Source of the DNA: an uncultured Clostridia bacterium | GTDB lineage: Bacteria > Bacillota > Clostridia > Christensenellales > Borkfalkiaceae | Assembly: GCA_944341075.1 (NCBI GenBank) | Contig: CALVLV010000004.1 | Location: forward strand, 3,829 to 67,828 | Length of the DNA stretch: 64,000 bases | Direction of reading: 5' to 3' | Part shown: piece by piece, positions 8,272 to 16,971 of the stretch | Layout of the letters: each line of letters begins with the position of its first letter | Numbering within the stretch: position 1 is the first letter of the stretch | Notes under the pieces: generated by a model | What the model saw: the letters and a program-made list of their open reading frames with translations, nothing else | Databases searched by the model: none | What the model was told of the DNA's origin: nothing | Translations under genes and position numbers: made by a program

Positions 8272-9492
8272 ATGGACTATGCCGTACCCTGCATTTACAA
8301 CAAAATAAGGCACAGGTCGGCGCGCGTTAAGGTGCCCGGCTCCAAGAGCATAACTGCGCGCGCCCTGTTTATGGCGGCGCTTGCAAGGGGCACTTCGGTG
8401 CTGTATGGCGCGGGGCTTTCAGATGACTGCCTCACCTTTATAGATTGCCTTAAAAGCCTTAAAATAGGCGTCTTTGTAAGCGGCACGACTGTCACAGTCG
8501 AAGGCTGCGGCGGCAGGCTGCCCGTAACCGAAGGCGATGTGTACGTGGGCAGCGCGGGCACGGCGGCGCGCTTTATCACCGCACTGCTGGCGCTTTCGCC
8601 CGGCAAGTTCATCGTGCGCTCCTCCGCACAGATGGAGCGGCGGCCCATGGGCGCGCTTATCTCGGCGCTCAGGTCGGCGGGCGCGCAGTTTACGTTTGAA
8701 GGGCGGCAGGACTGCTTTCCGTTCATCGTGTGCGGCGCGGCACATCCCGCGGGCAGATTGTGCGTAGATATTGGCAGCAGCAGCCAGTTCCTTTCGGCCC
8801 TGCTCATGGTGGGCGCGTGCCTGCCGGGCGGGCTTGAGGTGGCCGTTCGGGGCAGCCACGGCATGAAGTACGTGGAAATGACTGCCGACATGATGTGGTC
8901 GTTCGGCGCCTCGGCGGAAAAAAGAGATGACGTTTACTATGTGGGCGGCGGCTACTCCGCGCGCAGGTACGATATAGAGCCCGATGTATCCGCGGCGTGC
9001 TATTTTTATGCCATGAACAGGGTGCTCGGCACAGATATCGCCGTAAACGGGCTTATGCCCCGCTCTTTACAGAGCGACATGCAGTTCATAGAGTTGATGA
9101 GGGCGGGGTTCGACGGCGGCGAAACAGATATGGGCGCCTTTTCCGACCAGGCCCTTACCATGGCGGCCATAGCCCCCTATTTTTCAAAACCCACGCGCAT
9201 ATGCGGCGTTGAACACATACGCGGGCAGGAGTGCGACAGGATTTATGCCATGGTAAAAAATCTTGCCGCCATGGGCGTCAGGTGCGAAGAGCACGCCGAC
9301 GGAATCACAATATACCCCTCGCAGCCGCGCCCCGCTATTATAGATACCTTTGGCGACCACCGCGTTGCCATGAGCTTTGCCGTAACGGGACTGCGCGCGG
9401 AGGGCATAGTGATACAGCACGCGGAGGTGTGCTCTAAAACGTTCGCCGAATACTTCGGCGTGCTGACTGAGCTTGTAAAACAGCTCATCTAA
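8272..9492 (+). CDS. aroA: 3-phosphoshikimate 1-carboxyvinyltransferase (EPSP synthase)
   Basis: KVPGSKSITARALFMAALA and the ERPM-like RRPMGALISAL are present, and the ~406 aa length fits. ATG 8272 is preceded by AAAGGTG. The ORF is open from 8182. Confidence 0.9.
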   Translation: MDYAVPCIYNKIRHRSARVKVPGSKSITARALFMAALARGTSVLYGAGLSDDCLTFIDCLKSLKIGVFVSGTTVTVEGCGGRLPVTEGDVYVGSAGTAARFITALLALSPGKFIVRSSAQMERRPMGALISALRSAGAQFTFEGRQDCFPFIVCGAAHPAGRLCVDIGSSSQFLSALLMVGACLPGGLEVAVRGSHGMKYVEMTADMMWSFGASAEKRDDVYYVGGGYSARRYDIEPDVSAACYFYAMNRVLGTDIAVNGLMPRSLQSDMQFIELMRAGFDGGETDMGAFSDQALTMAAIAPYFSKPTRICGVEHIRGQECDRIYAMVKNLAAMGVRCEEHADGITIYPSQPRPAIIDTFGDHRVAMSFAVTGLRAEGIVIQHAEVCSKTFAEYFGVLTELVKQLI

Positions 9493-9537
9493 TAGTTCGG
9501 GCATATTGCGCCCCATTTTACTGCAATCATCATACAC

Positions 9538-9562
9538 GGCGCCGCTTTTGCGGCGCCTTTTT
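9538..9562 (+). terminator. Rho-independent terminator of aroA
   Basis: GGCGCCGC-TTTT-GCGGCGCC followed by TTTTT. Confidence 0.85.
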
Positions 9563-9605
9563 ATGTTGCGCCCGGTTCATAAACAGGCAATTTTTTAAAA
9601 CGCCC

Positions 9606-9634
9606 TTGCGCGGCGCGGCGTAAAGTGGTATACT
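9606..9634 (+). promoter_or_regulatory. Sigma-A-type promoter
   Basis: TTGCGC, a 17-nt spacer, then TATACT with an upstream TGg (extended -10). It lies 120 nt upstream of the 9756 CDS. Confidence 0.6.
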
Positions 9635-9755
9635 ATAGGGGTAAAATTGTGCGCGTGGGCACGGCACAGGCGATCCCCGCCTGTATATGCAAAAATTAAC
9701 GCCTGTATATGCCTGAAACGGCGCAGATATATGACCTGATTAACAAGGTGAAGAT

Positions 9756-10685
9756 ATGACGGTAGATTTTAAAGACCCGTATTATTACCTCTTCCCGCTT
9801 ATGGGGGCGGCGGTATTTATAATTCTGTATTTCCTGCTGCGCAAAAGAAGCGCCCGCACGCAGAGCGTAGTGCTGTTTTTGCTGCTTGCGGCCAACTTTG
9901 CGCTGCACTTTTTAAAGTTGCTGTTCCCGCCCTATTCCACGCAGGAATTTGCAGACGCCATTCAGACTATAACGCCCGAAAACGTGTGCGCAATAAACAC
10001 CATGCTGTTCCCCTTCCTGTTTTTAAAGCGGGGCGGCGCGGCGCGCGACTACATGTTCTATATAGGCGCAATAAGCGGCATAGCCGCGTGCTGGCTGCCC
10101 ATGAGCATAGAGGAGGCGCAGCCCTTCGACTTCGACTGCATGCGCTATTACTTCTGCCACACCGTGCTGTGGGTGGTGCCTGTGCTCATGGTGGTGCTGC
10201 GACTGCATCGCCTTGACTACCGCCGCATAATATTCACTCCGCTGATATATATCCTCGACCTGGTGGTCATAGTATTCAACGAGGTAATGCTCGTCGCCCT
10301 CGGCTTTGAAGAGGCGCGCTACATTCTTTCGGTCAACAGAGGCAACGGCGGGCTGGCGTTCGGCCCGTACACCGACCTTGAGGGAACGGGCGCGCTCAAC
10401 TTTCTGCTTACATTCGTGCCGCCCTTCTTCAAGCCCACGGCAGAAAACCCCTACTATGCGCCCGCGCTGTGGCAGCTGTTCCCCGCCGTAATTCTCGGCT
10501 GCCCGCTCGGCTTTTTAATGTGCCTGTACTGGGAGCACAGGCACTTCATATCCGACTGCAAACGGCTTTTTGGCCGCGTAAAATGCCTCTTTACAAAATA
10601 CCGCTTCGGCCGCGGCCGCATAAAGTTCAACGGCGCACGGCGCTTCTGCGTGCGCGGCGTGCGCTACGGCGCGCGCAGGCGGTGA
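9756..10685 (+). CDS. Polytopic integral membrane protein (possibly YwaF/TIGR02206-like), Arg-rich C-terminal tail
   Basis: 309 aa with about 7 hydrophobic segments. AAGGTGA lies 5 nt upstream of the ATG. The family assignment is from memory only. Confidence 0.7.
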   Translation: MTVDFKDPYYYLFPLMGAAVFIILYFLLRKRSARTQSVVLFLLLAANFALHFLKLLFPPYSTQEFADAIQTITPENVCAINTMLFPFLFLKRGGAARDYMFYIGAISGIAACWLPMSIEEAQPFDFDCMRYYFCHTVLWVVPVLMVVLRLHRLDYRRIIFTPLIYILDLVVIVFNEVMLVALGFEEARYILSVNRGNGGLAFGPYTDLEGTGALNFLLTFVPPFFKPTAENPYYAPALWQLFPAVILGCPLGFLMCLYWEHRHFISDCKRLFGRVKCLFTKYRFGRGRIKFNGARRFCVRGVRYGARRR

Positions 10686-10689
10686 CGGC

Positions 10690-11982
10690 ATGGACAGAAT
10701 AGTCATACACTCCGACCTGAATAACTTCTTTGCCTCGGTAGAGCGCAAACTGCACCCCGAACTTGTCGGCGTGCCCCTCGCCGTGGGCGGCAACAGCGAG
10801 GAGCGCAAGGGCATAGTGCTGGCAAAGAGCGAAGAGGCCAAACGCTTCGGCGTAAAGACGGGCGAAACGCTGTGGCAGGCAAAGCGCAAGTGCCCCGGCC
10901 TTGTGGTGGTGCCCACGTCCTTCCCCGAATACACAAAATATTCGCGCATGGCGCGCGCAATATATGCCGAATATACCGACCTTCTGGAACCGTTCGGCAT
11001 AGACGAATGTTGGCTGGACGTAACGCACAGCACCAAAATATTCCCCGCATATGCGGGCGAAATGTACAGCGGCAAGGGGGAACAAACCTATTCGGAAGGC
11101 TTTCTGCGCTTTCTCGGCGACACTTTGCGCGAGCGGGTCAAGCGCGAGCTCGGCCTCACCGTGTCGGTGGGCGTGTCCTTCAACAAGGTGTTCGCAAAGC
11201 TCGGCTCCGACCTCAAAAAGCCTGACGGCACCACGGTGATATCGCGCGCGGGGTATAAAAAGATAGTGTGGCCGCTGCCCGTGGACGACCTGCTGTTCGT
11301 AGGCAGCGCCACCGCACAAAAGCTTAAACGCAGCGGAATAAGCACCATAGGCGCGCTGGCGGCGCTGGACGGCGACCACGCCCGCCGTCTGCTGGGCAAA
11401 ACCGGCGCAACGCTTTTAAAGTACGCCCGCGGGGAGGACGACGATCCCGTGCGCGGCATAGGCGAGCGGGAGGAGCTTAAGTCTGTGGGCAATTCGCTTA
11501 CATACGCGCACGACCTTGTCACGCCCGAAGAGGTAAAGACCAACATATACGTATTGTGCGAAAGCGTGGCGTCAAGGCTGCGCGAGGCCGAAGTCGGCAG
11601 GGCGGATACCGTGCACCTGTGGGTGCGTTCAAACGACATGACCACCGTCAGCATGCAAAAAAAGGTGCGCCCCACCGTGCTGTGCGGCGAAATAGCCGAA
11701 CACGCCTTTGCGCTGTTCTGCGAAAAGATAAAGCCGCCATTTAAGGTGCGCGCCATGGGCGTCACTGTTTCGGGCTTTGATAAAAACCTTTCTCAGCTTA
11801 CAATGGATCAGCTTGACGGCAGGTACGAAAAGCGCGAGCGCGCCGAGCGGGCGGTGGACGAAATACGCAAAAAATACGGCTACAGTTTTGTGCAACGCGG
11901 CATAACCGCTGCCGACCCGGAGGCGGCGCACACCGATATAAAGGGCGCCCGCCTTAAAAAGCCCGGAGATACAGATAAGTAA
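10690..11982 (+). CDS. dinB: DNA polymerase IV (Y-family)
   Basis: MDRIVIHSDLNNFFASVE, GIDECWLDVT and SVGVSFNKVFAKLGSDLKKPDG are typical DinB motifs. Confidence 0.9.
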   Translation: MDRIVIHSDLNNFFASVERKLHPELVGVPLAVGGNSEERKGIVLAKSEEAKRFGVKTGETLWQAKRKCPGLVVVPTSFPEYTKYSRMARAIYAEYTDLLEPFGIDECWLDVTHSTKIFPAYAGEMYSGKGEQTYSEGFLRFLGDTLRERVKRELGLTVSVGVSFNKVFAKLGSDLKKPDGTTVISRAGYKKIVWPLPVDDLLFVGSATAQKLKRSGISTIGALAALDGDHARRLLGKTGATLLKYARGEDDDPVRGIGEREELKSVGNSLTYAHDLVTPEEVKTNIYVLCESVASRLREAEVGRADTVHLWVRSNDMTTVSMQKKVRPTVLCGEIAEHAFALFCEKIKPPFKVRAMGVTVSGFDKNLSQLTMDQLDGRYEKRERAERAVDEIRKKYGYSFVQRGITAADPEAAHTDIKGARLKKPGDTDK

Positions 11983-12046
11983 ACATTGTCTTCAGCCGAG
12001 CTTAAAACCGCCGCGCGTATAAATATGCATTTGTGTAAAAAACTCA

Positions 12047-12238
12047 GTAAAATTAAATTAATAAAAGTCGCAAGGCGGGTTTCCCGCCGCAGCAGGCCCC
12101 CATTTGCGCATACCTGCGCCTCAGCAGGGTGAATGGCGAAGATTATATAATCGTAGGCCCTTAAGTATCTTCGCCAGAGGGGCTGGCCCTTAAAAGTCAC
12201 GAAATTTTTCGTTTTCGGCCAAAACGAAAAATTTGTGA
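12047..12238 (+). repeat. Composite interspersed repeat, type I short form
   Basis: AT-rich terminus AAAATTAAATTAAT (12049-), stem GGCGGG-TTT-CCCGCC (12075-12089) and L hairpin (12131-12175; stem GGCGAAGAT/ATCTTCGCC, loop TATATAATCGTAGGCCCTTAAGT). These are followed by the G palindrome (12177-12191) and H (12197-12238). It is the mirror image of 21628-21815. Confidence 0.9.
12197..12238. repeat. H hairpin copy 2
   Basis: TCACGAAATTTTTCGTTTTCGGCCAAAACGAAAAATTTGTGA. Confidence 0.9.
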
Positions 12239-12344
12239 ATAATATTAAATGGTCGCGCGCGAGTGCAAACAAAGGGCGGAATATGTATAACTTCTGCTTA
12301 TACCAAGCATAAAAAGTTGCTAAATTCAATGGTGTTCATATCGT

Positions 12345-12373
12345 TTGACAGGCACGGTTATTTATTTTATAAT
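12345..12373 (+). promoter_or_regulatory. Consensus sigma-A promoter of the glutamine synthetase gene
   Basis: TTGACA (12345-12350), a 17-nt spacer, then TATAAT (12368-12373). A ~105-nt leader follows with small hairpins (GCGGCA-ACAG-TGCCGC). Confidence 0.8.
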
Positions 12374-12483
12374 TTCAATATAAATTAAATACGGGCGCGG
12401 CAACAGTGCCGCAGTCCCTACGGGGGAGAATGTGAGAGAGCCCCGCAAAAAGAAAAATCTGATTTTGCAAAGGAGATAAAGTT

Positions 12484-14565
12484 ATGAATCTGCCCGAAAA
12501 GTTCGGCGAAAACGTATTCAACGACGCCGTCCAGAAGGAAAGGCTCCCCAAGGAAGTTTACAAGTCGCTCCGCGCCACCATAGAGGCGGGCACGCAGCTG
12601 GATGTTTCCATTGCAGGCGCGGTTGCCGCCGCAATGAAGGACTGGGCGGTTTCAAAGGGCGCCACGCACTACACCCACTGGTTCCAGCCGCTCACCGGCC
12701 TGACTGCGGAAAAGCACGACAGCTTTATAGAGCCTGAAGGCGACAAGGTAATAATGCGCCTCACCGGCAAGAGCCTTATAGTGGGCGAACCCGACGCGTC
12801 CAGCTTCCCCTCGGGCGGTTCAAGGGCAACCTACATGGCGCGCGGCTACACCGCGTGGGATCCAACTTCTCCCGCATTCGTAAAGGGCACCACGCTGTAC
12901 ATACCCTCTATATTCGTATCGTACACGGGCGAAACGCTCGATAAAAAGTCGCCCGTTTTAAAATCAATGAAGGCGCTGGATATGCAGGCCAAGAGGATAC
13001 TCAAACTCTTCGGCATAGAGTGTAAAAAGGTGACCACCACCGTCGGCCCCGAGCAGGAGTACTTCCTTATCTCCGAAGAGGAGTACTTCAAGCGCATAGA
13101 CCTGAGAATGACGGGCAGAACGCTTTACGGCGCGCCCGTGCTGCGCGGGCAGGAGCTTGAAGACCATTACTTCGGCACCATAAAGCCCGCCATTGCAGAG
13201 TTCATGGCCGACCTGGACGAAACGCTGTGGTCGTTCGGCATCCCCTCAAAGACCAGGCACAACGAGGTTGCCCCCGCCCAGCACGAAATGGCCCCCGTAT
13301 ATGCCACAACCAACGTGGCTATAGACGAAAATATGCTCACCATGGAGCTGATGAAAAAGGTCGCCCAGAAGCACGGCCTCATCTGCCTCCTTCACGAAAA
13401 ACCCTTCGAGGGAATAAACGGCTCGGGCAAGCACAACAACTGGTCTATGTCTACAGATACCGGCCTCAACCTGCTCGACCCCGGGCCCAACCCCGAAAAG
13501 AACACCTTGTTCATGCTCGTGCTCGCCGCAGTAATTCAGGCTGTGGATGAGTATCAGGGCATACTGCGCGGCGCCGTGGCCTCGGCAGGCAACGACCACC
13601 GCCTTGGCGCAAACGAAGCTCCTCCCGCGATCATCTCGGTATACCTCGGCGACCAGCTCGGCGCGCTGGTAGACAGCATAGCAAACGGCAAGGACTACGT
13701 TCCCTTCAGGGCGCAGGAAGGTTCTATCGGCGTTCCCGAATCGCCCATCTTCCCCAAGGACGCGTCCGACCGCAACAGGACTTCGCCCTTTGCGTTCACG
13801 GGCAACAAGTTCGAGTTCCGCATGCTCGGTTCGCAGGCAAACGTGGCCGACGCAAACATAGTGCTCAACACCATAATAGCAAAGACGTTCGCCGAATTTG
13901 CCGATAAGCTGGAGGGTGTAAAAGACATCGAAGCTGCCGCCCGCGAGCTTATAACCTCTACCATAAAGGCGCATAAGCGCATAATATTCAATCTGGACGG
14001 CTACGGCCCCGCATGGGAGCCCGAGGCCGCAAGAAGGGGCCTTTTGAACAATAAGGACACGGCGGACGCCACCGAAGTATTCTTTGAAAAGAAGAATATA
14101 GACGTGTTCGTAAGCCAGGGCGTGTACACAGAGGAAGAGGCCGTTGCCCGCGCAATGGTAAGGCTGGAAAACTATGTAAAGATAATCAATATAGAGGCGC
14201 TTACCATGCTTAAAATGGCAAAGCAGGATATCATCCCCGCCGTTTCAGACTACGTTGCCGAGTTGTGCTCTAACGTGGCAGCCAAAAAGGCTATATCGGA
14301 GAACATCCCCTGCGAAACGGAAAAGGGCCTTATCACCCGCCTTTCCGCCCTCAACGACAGCTTTGCCAAGGAAGTCGCCAAGCTCGAAAGCCTGCTTGCA
14401 GGCATAGACAAGGAGGATGTGCGCCCCGCTTCAAAGGCTATGGCCCATGAAGTACTGCCCCGGATGCAGGCCATGAGGAGGATAGCCGACGAAATGGAGA
14501 CGCTCACCGCCGAAGATTACTGGCCCTATCCTTCGTATACCGAGCTGCTTTACAGCGTAAAGTAA
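12484..14565 (+). CDS. glnN: Glutamine synthetase, type III
   Basis: 693 aa, which is the GSIII size class. The N-terminus [23 protein letters not shown] and the catalytic region [10 protein letters not shown] are present. AAAGGAG lies 8 nt upstream of the ATG. Confidence 0.9.
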   Translation: MNLPEKFGENVFNDAVQKERLPKEVYKSLRATIEAGTQLDVSIAGAVAAAMKDWAVSKGATHYTHWFQPLTGLTAEKHDSFIEPEGDKVIMRLTGKSLIVGEPDASSFPSGGSRATYMARGYTAWDPTSPAFVKGTTLYIPSIFVSYTGETLDKKSPVLKSMKALDMQAKRILKLFGIECKKVTTTVGPEQEYFLISEEEYFKRIDLRMTGRTLYGAPVLRGQELEDHYFGTIKPAIAEFMADLDETLWSFGIPSKTRHNEVAPAQHEMAPVYATTNVAIDENMLTMELMKKVAQKHGLICLLHEKPFEGINGSGKHNNWSMSTDTGLNLLDPGPNPEKNTLFMLVLAAVIQAVDEYQGILRGAVASAGNDHRLGANEAPPAIISVYLGDQLGALVDSIANGKDYVPFRAQEGSIGVPESPIFPKDASDRNRTSPFAFTGNKFEFRMLGSQANVADANIVLNTIIAKTFAEFADKLEGVKDIEAAARELITSTIKAHKRIIFNLDGYGPAWEPEAARRGLLNNKDTADATEVFFEKKNIDVFVSQGVYTEEEAVARAMVRLENYVKIINIEALTMLKMAKQDIIPAVSDYVAELCSNVAAKKAISENIPCETEKGLITRLSALNDSFAKEVAKLESLLAGIDKEDVRPASKAMAHEVLPRMQAMRRIADEMETLTAEDYWPYPSYTELLYSVK

Positions 14566-14656
14566 GTCGGGCAACGTAGGTTCGGTCATGGCTTTGCGGG
14601 CGCTTGCCGCCCGCCCCGCCGCTGCCTGCAGGGGCAGGTAAAAACGCAATAATATC

Positions 14657-14686
14657 CCGCGGTGCGCGGCAAAAAGCGCGCCGCGG
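14657..14686 (+). terminator. Stem-loop after the GS gene
   Basis: CCGCGGTGCGC-GGCAAAAA-GCGCGCCGCGG (one mismatch). The 3' flank is A/T-rich but has no clean U-run. Confidence 0.45.
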
Positions 14687-14848
14687 TATTAAATCAACAT
14701 ATATTACAACAAAAACTAATTATTTACAACAATAAAATATAATTTTCTAACTTTATATTCAATGTCGGAAGAGAGAGCGAATAGGTGACAGAAGATATAA
14801 AGCATCAACCATCGGCTGACAAAAATTTTCCATGGAGGAATAAATTTT

Positions 14849-16645
14849 ATGGAGTTAACATGGACTACATGGCTGCTGATCGGCGCGGCGTTCGTATTCT
14901 TCATGCAGTGCGGCTTTGCAATGGTGGAAACCGGCTTTACGCGCGCAAAGAACACGGGCAACATTCTGTTCAAAAACTTCGTCGATTTCTGCATCGGCTG
15001 CGTATGCTTTCTCTTTCTGGGCTTCGGCCTGATGATGGGTACCGACTACGTTGCCGGATTTATCGGGGCGCCCAACCTTGACATCTTCGGGTGCTTCAAC
15101 ACACTGTTTTCCGGCGCCGAGGCTGCGGGGCAGGAGGCGTACGACGCTGCAATAAACACTGCGGCGAGCTTCACCTTCAACCTGGTGTTCTGCGCCACGG
15201 CGGCGACTATAGTTTCGGGCGCCATGGCAGAGCGCACCCGTTTTATGGCCTACTGCATCTATTCGGCAATGATCTCGCTGATAGTGTATCCGATAGAGGC
15301 CGGCTGGGTATGGAATCCCGAAGGCTGGCTTGCAAACCTGGGCGTAGGGTTTGTCGACTTTGCTGGCTCGGGCGCCATTCATTCGGTGGGCGGCACTGCA
15401 TCGCTGATAGGCATAATGTTCGTGGGCGCGCGCATCGGCAAATTCGAGCGCGACGAAAGCGGCAAAGTAATAAAGGTGAACGCCATTCAGGGCCACAACA
15501 TGACGATAGGCGCGCTGGGCGTGCTTATACTGTGGTTCGGCTGGTACGGATTCAACGGCGCCGCCGCTACCGAAACGGGCCAGCTTGCCCGCATATTCGT
15601 CACCACAACTATCGCCCCCTCGGTTGCATTGCTCGTGGCAATGATATACACGTGGATACGCAACAAAAAGCCCGACCTTGTGATGAGCATGAACGCCTCG
15701 CTTGCAGGCCTTGTGGGCGTAACGGCGGGTTGCTCTAACGTAGATATAATCGGTTCGCTGTGCATAGGCATAGTATCGGGCTTCCTTGTAATGGGCGCAA
15801 CATGGCTTTTAGAGCACGTTCTGCACCTCGATGACTGCGTGGGCGCCGTTCCCGTGCACTTTGCAAACGGCGTATGGGGCATAATCGCAGTCGGTCTGTT
15901 CGATGTGGAAAACGGCCTGTTCTACACAGGCAGGTTCGAACTGCTCGGCATACAGCTGCTCGGCATACTTACAATAGTTGCATGGACGACCGTATGGATG
16001 ACCATCTTCTTTGCAGCTATAAAGTACATACCCGTAATGGTAAAGTACAAGACGGTAAAGCCTGCCGAAGTATTTGCCTATGCCAAAACGTGGAACGGCC
16101 TGCGCGCCAACGTGGAGGAGGAGCTGATCGGTCTGGATATATCCGAACACGGCCTTACCTCTTCCTACCCCGACTTTGTGGCATCCGTACCCTCGTACGA
16201 CGGCGAGGGTGAGGACATTGATATTTCGGGTGTGGCTCCCGCAGATATCGACCTCGCTCCCGCACATGCGGGCAGGTATACCAAAATTACCATAGTCACC
16301 GGCCAGGATAAGTTCCTCACGTTAAAGGACGCAATGGCCAAGATAGGCGTTACCGGCATGACCGTTACCAACGTAATGGGCTGCGGCACGCAGGCGGGCA
16401 AGACCGGCCAGTACAGGGGCGTTAAAACTACCATGCACCTCATCCCTAAGGTTCAGGTGGATATAGTGGTCAGCACGGTAGATCCCAAGCTGGTGGTTGC
16501 CGTTGCACAGCATGTGCTTGACGACGGCAAGTACGGCGCGGGCAAGATATTCGTTGCCGACGTTGAAAACGTCATGCGCGTGCGCACCGGCGAAACGGGC
16601 GTGAGCGCGCTCACCAACGAGCCCGAACCTTCACCCGCCAAATAA
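14849..16645 (+). CDS. amt: Ammonium transporter (Amt) fused to a C-terminal P-II (GlnB/GlnK) domain
   Basis: The N-terminal ~430 aa are Amt-like (AMVETGFTRAKN, DFAGSGAIHSVGG). After an acidic linker, nt ~16300-16620 encode a P-II fold (KITIVTGQDKF.., T-loop GTQAGKTGQYRGVK, GKIFVADVENVMRVRTGE). GGAGGA lies 9 nt upstream of the ATG. Confidence 0.9.
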   Translation: MELTWTTWLLIGAAFVFFMQCGFAMVETGFTRAKNTGNILFKNFVDFCIGCVCFLFLGFGLMMGTDYVAGFIGAPNLDIFGCFNTLFSGAEAAGQEAYDAAINTAASFTFNLVFCATAATIVSGAMAERTRFMAYCIYSAMISLIVYPIEAGWVWNPEGWLANLGVGFVDFAGSGAIHSVGGTASLIGIMFVGARIGKFERDESGKVIKVNAIQGHNMTIGALGVLILWFGWYGFNGAAATETGQLARIFVTTTIAPSVALLVAMIYTWIRNKKPDLVMSMNASLAGLVGVTAGCSNVDIIGSLCIGIVSGFLVMGATWLLEHVLHLDDCVGAVPVHFANGVWGIIAVGLFDVENGLFYTGRFELLGIQLLGILTIVAWTTVWMTIFFAAIKYIPVMVKYKTVKPAEVFAYAKTWNGLRANVEEELIGLDISEHGLTSSYPDFVASVPSYDGEGEDIDISGVAPADIDLAPAHAGRYTKITIVTGQDKFLTLKDAMAKIGVTGMTVTNVMGCGTQAGKTGQYRGVKTTMHLIPKVQVDIVVSTVDPKLVVAVAQHVLDDGKYGAGKIFVADVENVMRVRTGETGVSALTNEPEPSPAK

Positions 16646-16691
16646 AATGTTTTTAATACTTGTTCACACCGCTCTCTCATAGATACCGAAG

Positions 16692-16726
16692 GGCCCCGCG
16701 CGCTTTACAGTGCGCGGGGCCTTTCG
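16692..16726 (+). terminator. Rho-independent terminator of amt
   Basis: GGCCCCGCGC..GCGCGGGGCC, a 10-bp stem, followed by TTTCGCGC. Confidence 0.7.
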
Positions 16727-16813
16727 CGCTTATATTGCGCGTTTCTCTCAGGCCGCCCGCGCGCCGCGCGCTTAAATTGCTCATTTTTTATATGCCGTTT
16801 TGCGGACACTTTT

Positions 16814-16842
16814 TTGACATAACCCTTTAAATGGGGTATAAT
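16814..16842 (+). promoter_or_regulatory. Consensus sigma-A promoter
   Basis: TTGACA, a 17-nt spacer, then TATAAT. The leader contains an 11-bp hairpin GTAGCCGAGTG..CACTCGGCTAC (16850-16885). Confidence 0.75.
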
Positions 16843-16971
16843 TTACCTGTAGCCGAGTGCTAATAGCTTTAACACTCGGCTACCGTCGGGCGCATGCAAA
16901 ATGCGCGTAATAGCGGCGGCATTAACCTGCGGCGGGGCGCTGCCGCAAGGGCAATTTTCAGGGGAATTTTT

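Noticed and set aside
12374-12483. Glutamine riboswitch or ANTAR target in the GS leader, and a GlnR/TnrA box over the -35 (TGTTCATATCGTTTGACA)
   Set aside because: The hairpin loops do not fit the ANTAR hexaloop rule. There is no glnA-RNA consensus. The inverted repeat is off by one from the TGTNA-N7-TNACA spacing.
16843-16971. Fluoride (crcB-motif) riboswitch upstream of the ClC gene
   Set aside because: The leader hairpin (GTAGCCGAGTG..CACTCGGCTAC) does not resemble the GGCGATGG..CTAC pseudoknot consensus. The channel also carries a TrkA-C domain rather than looking like an EriC-F protein.
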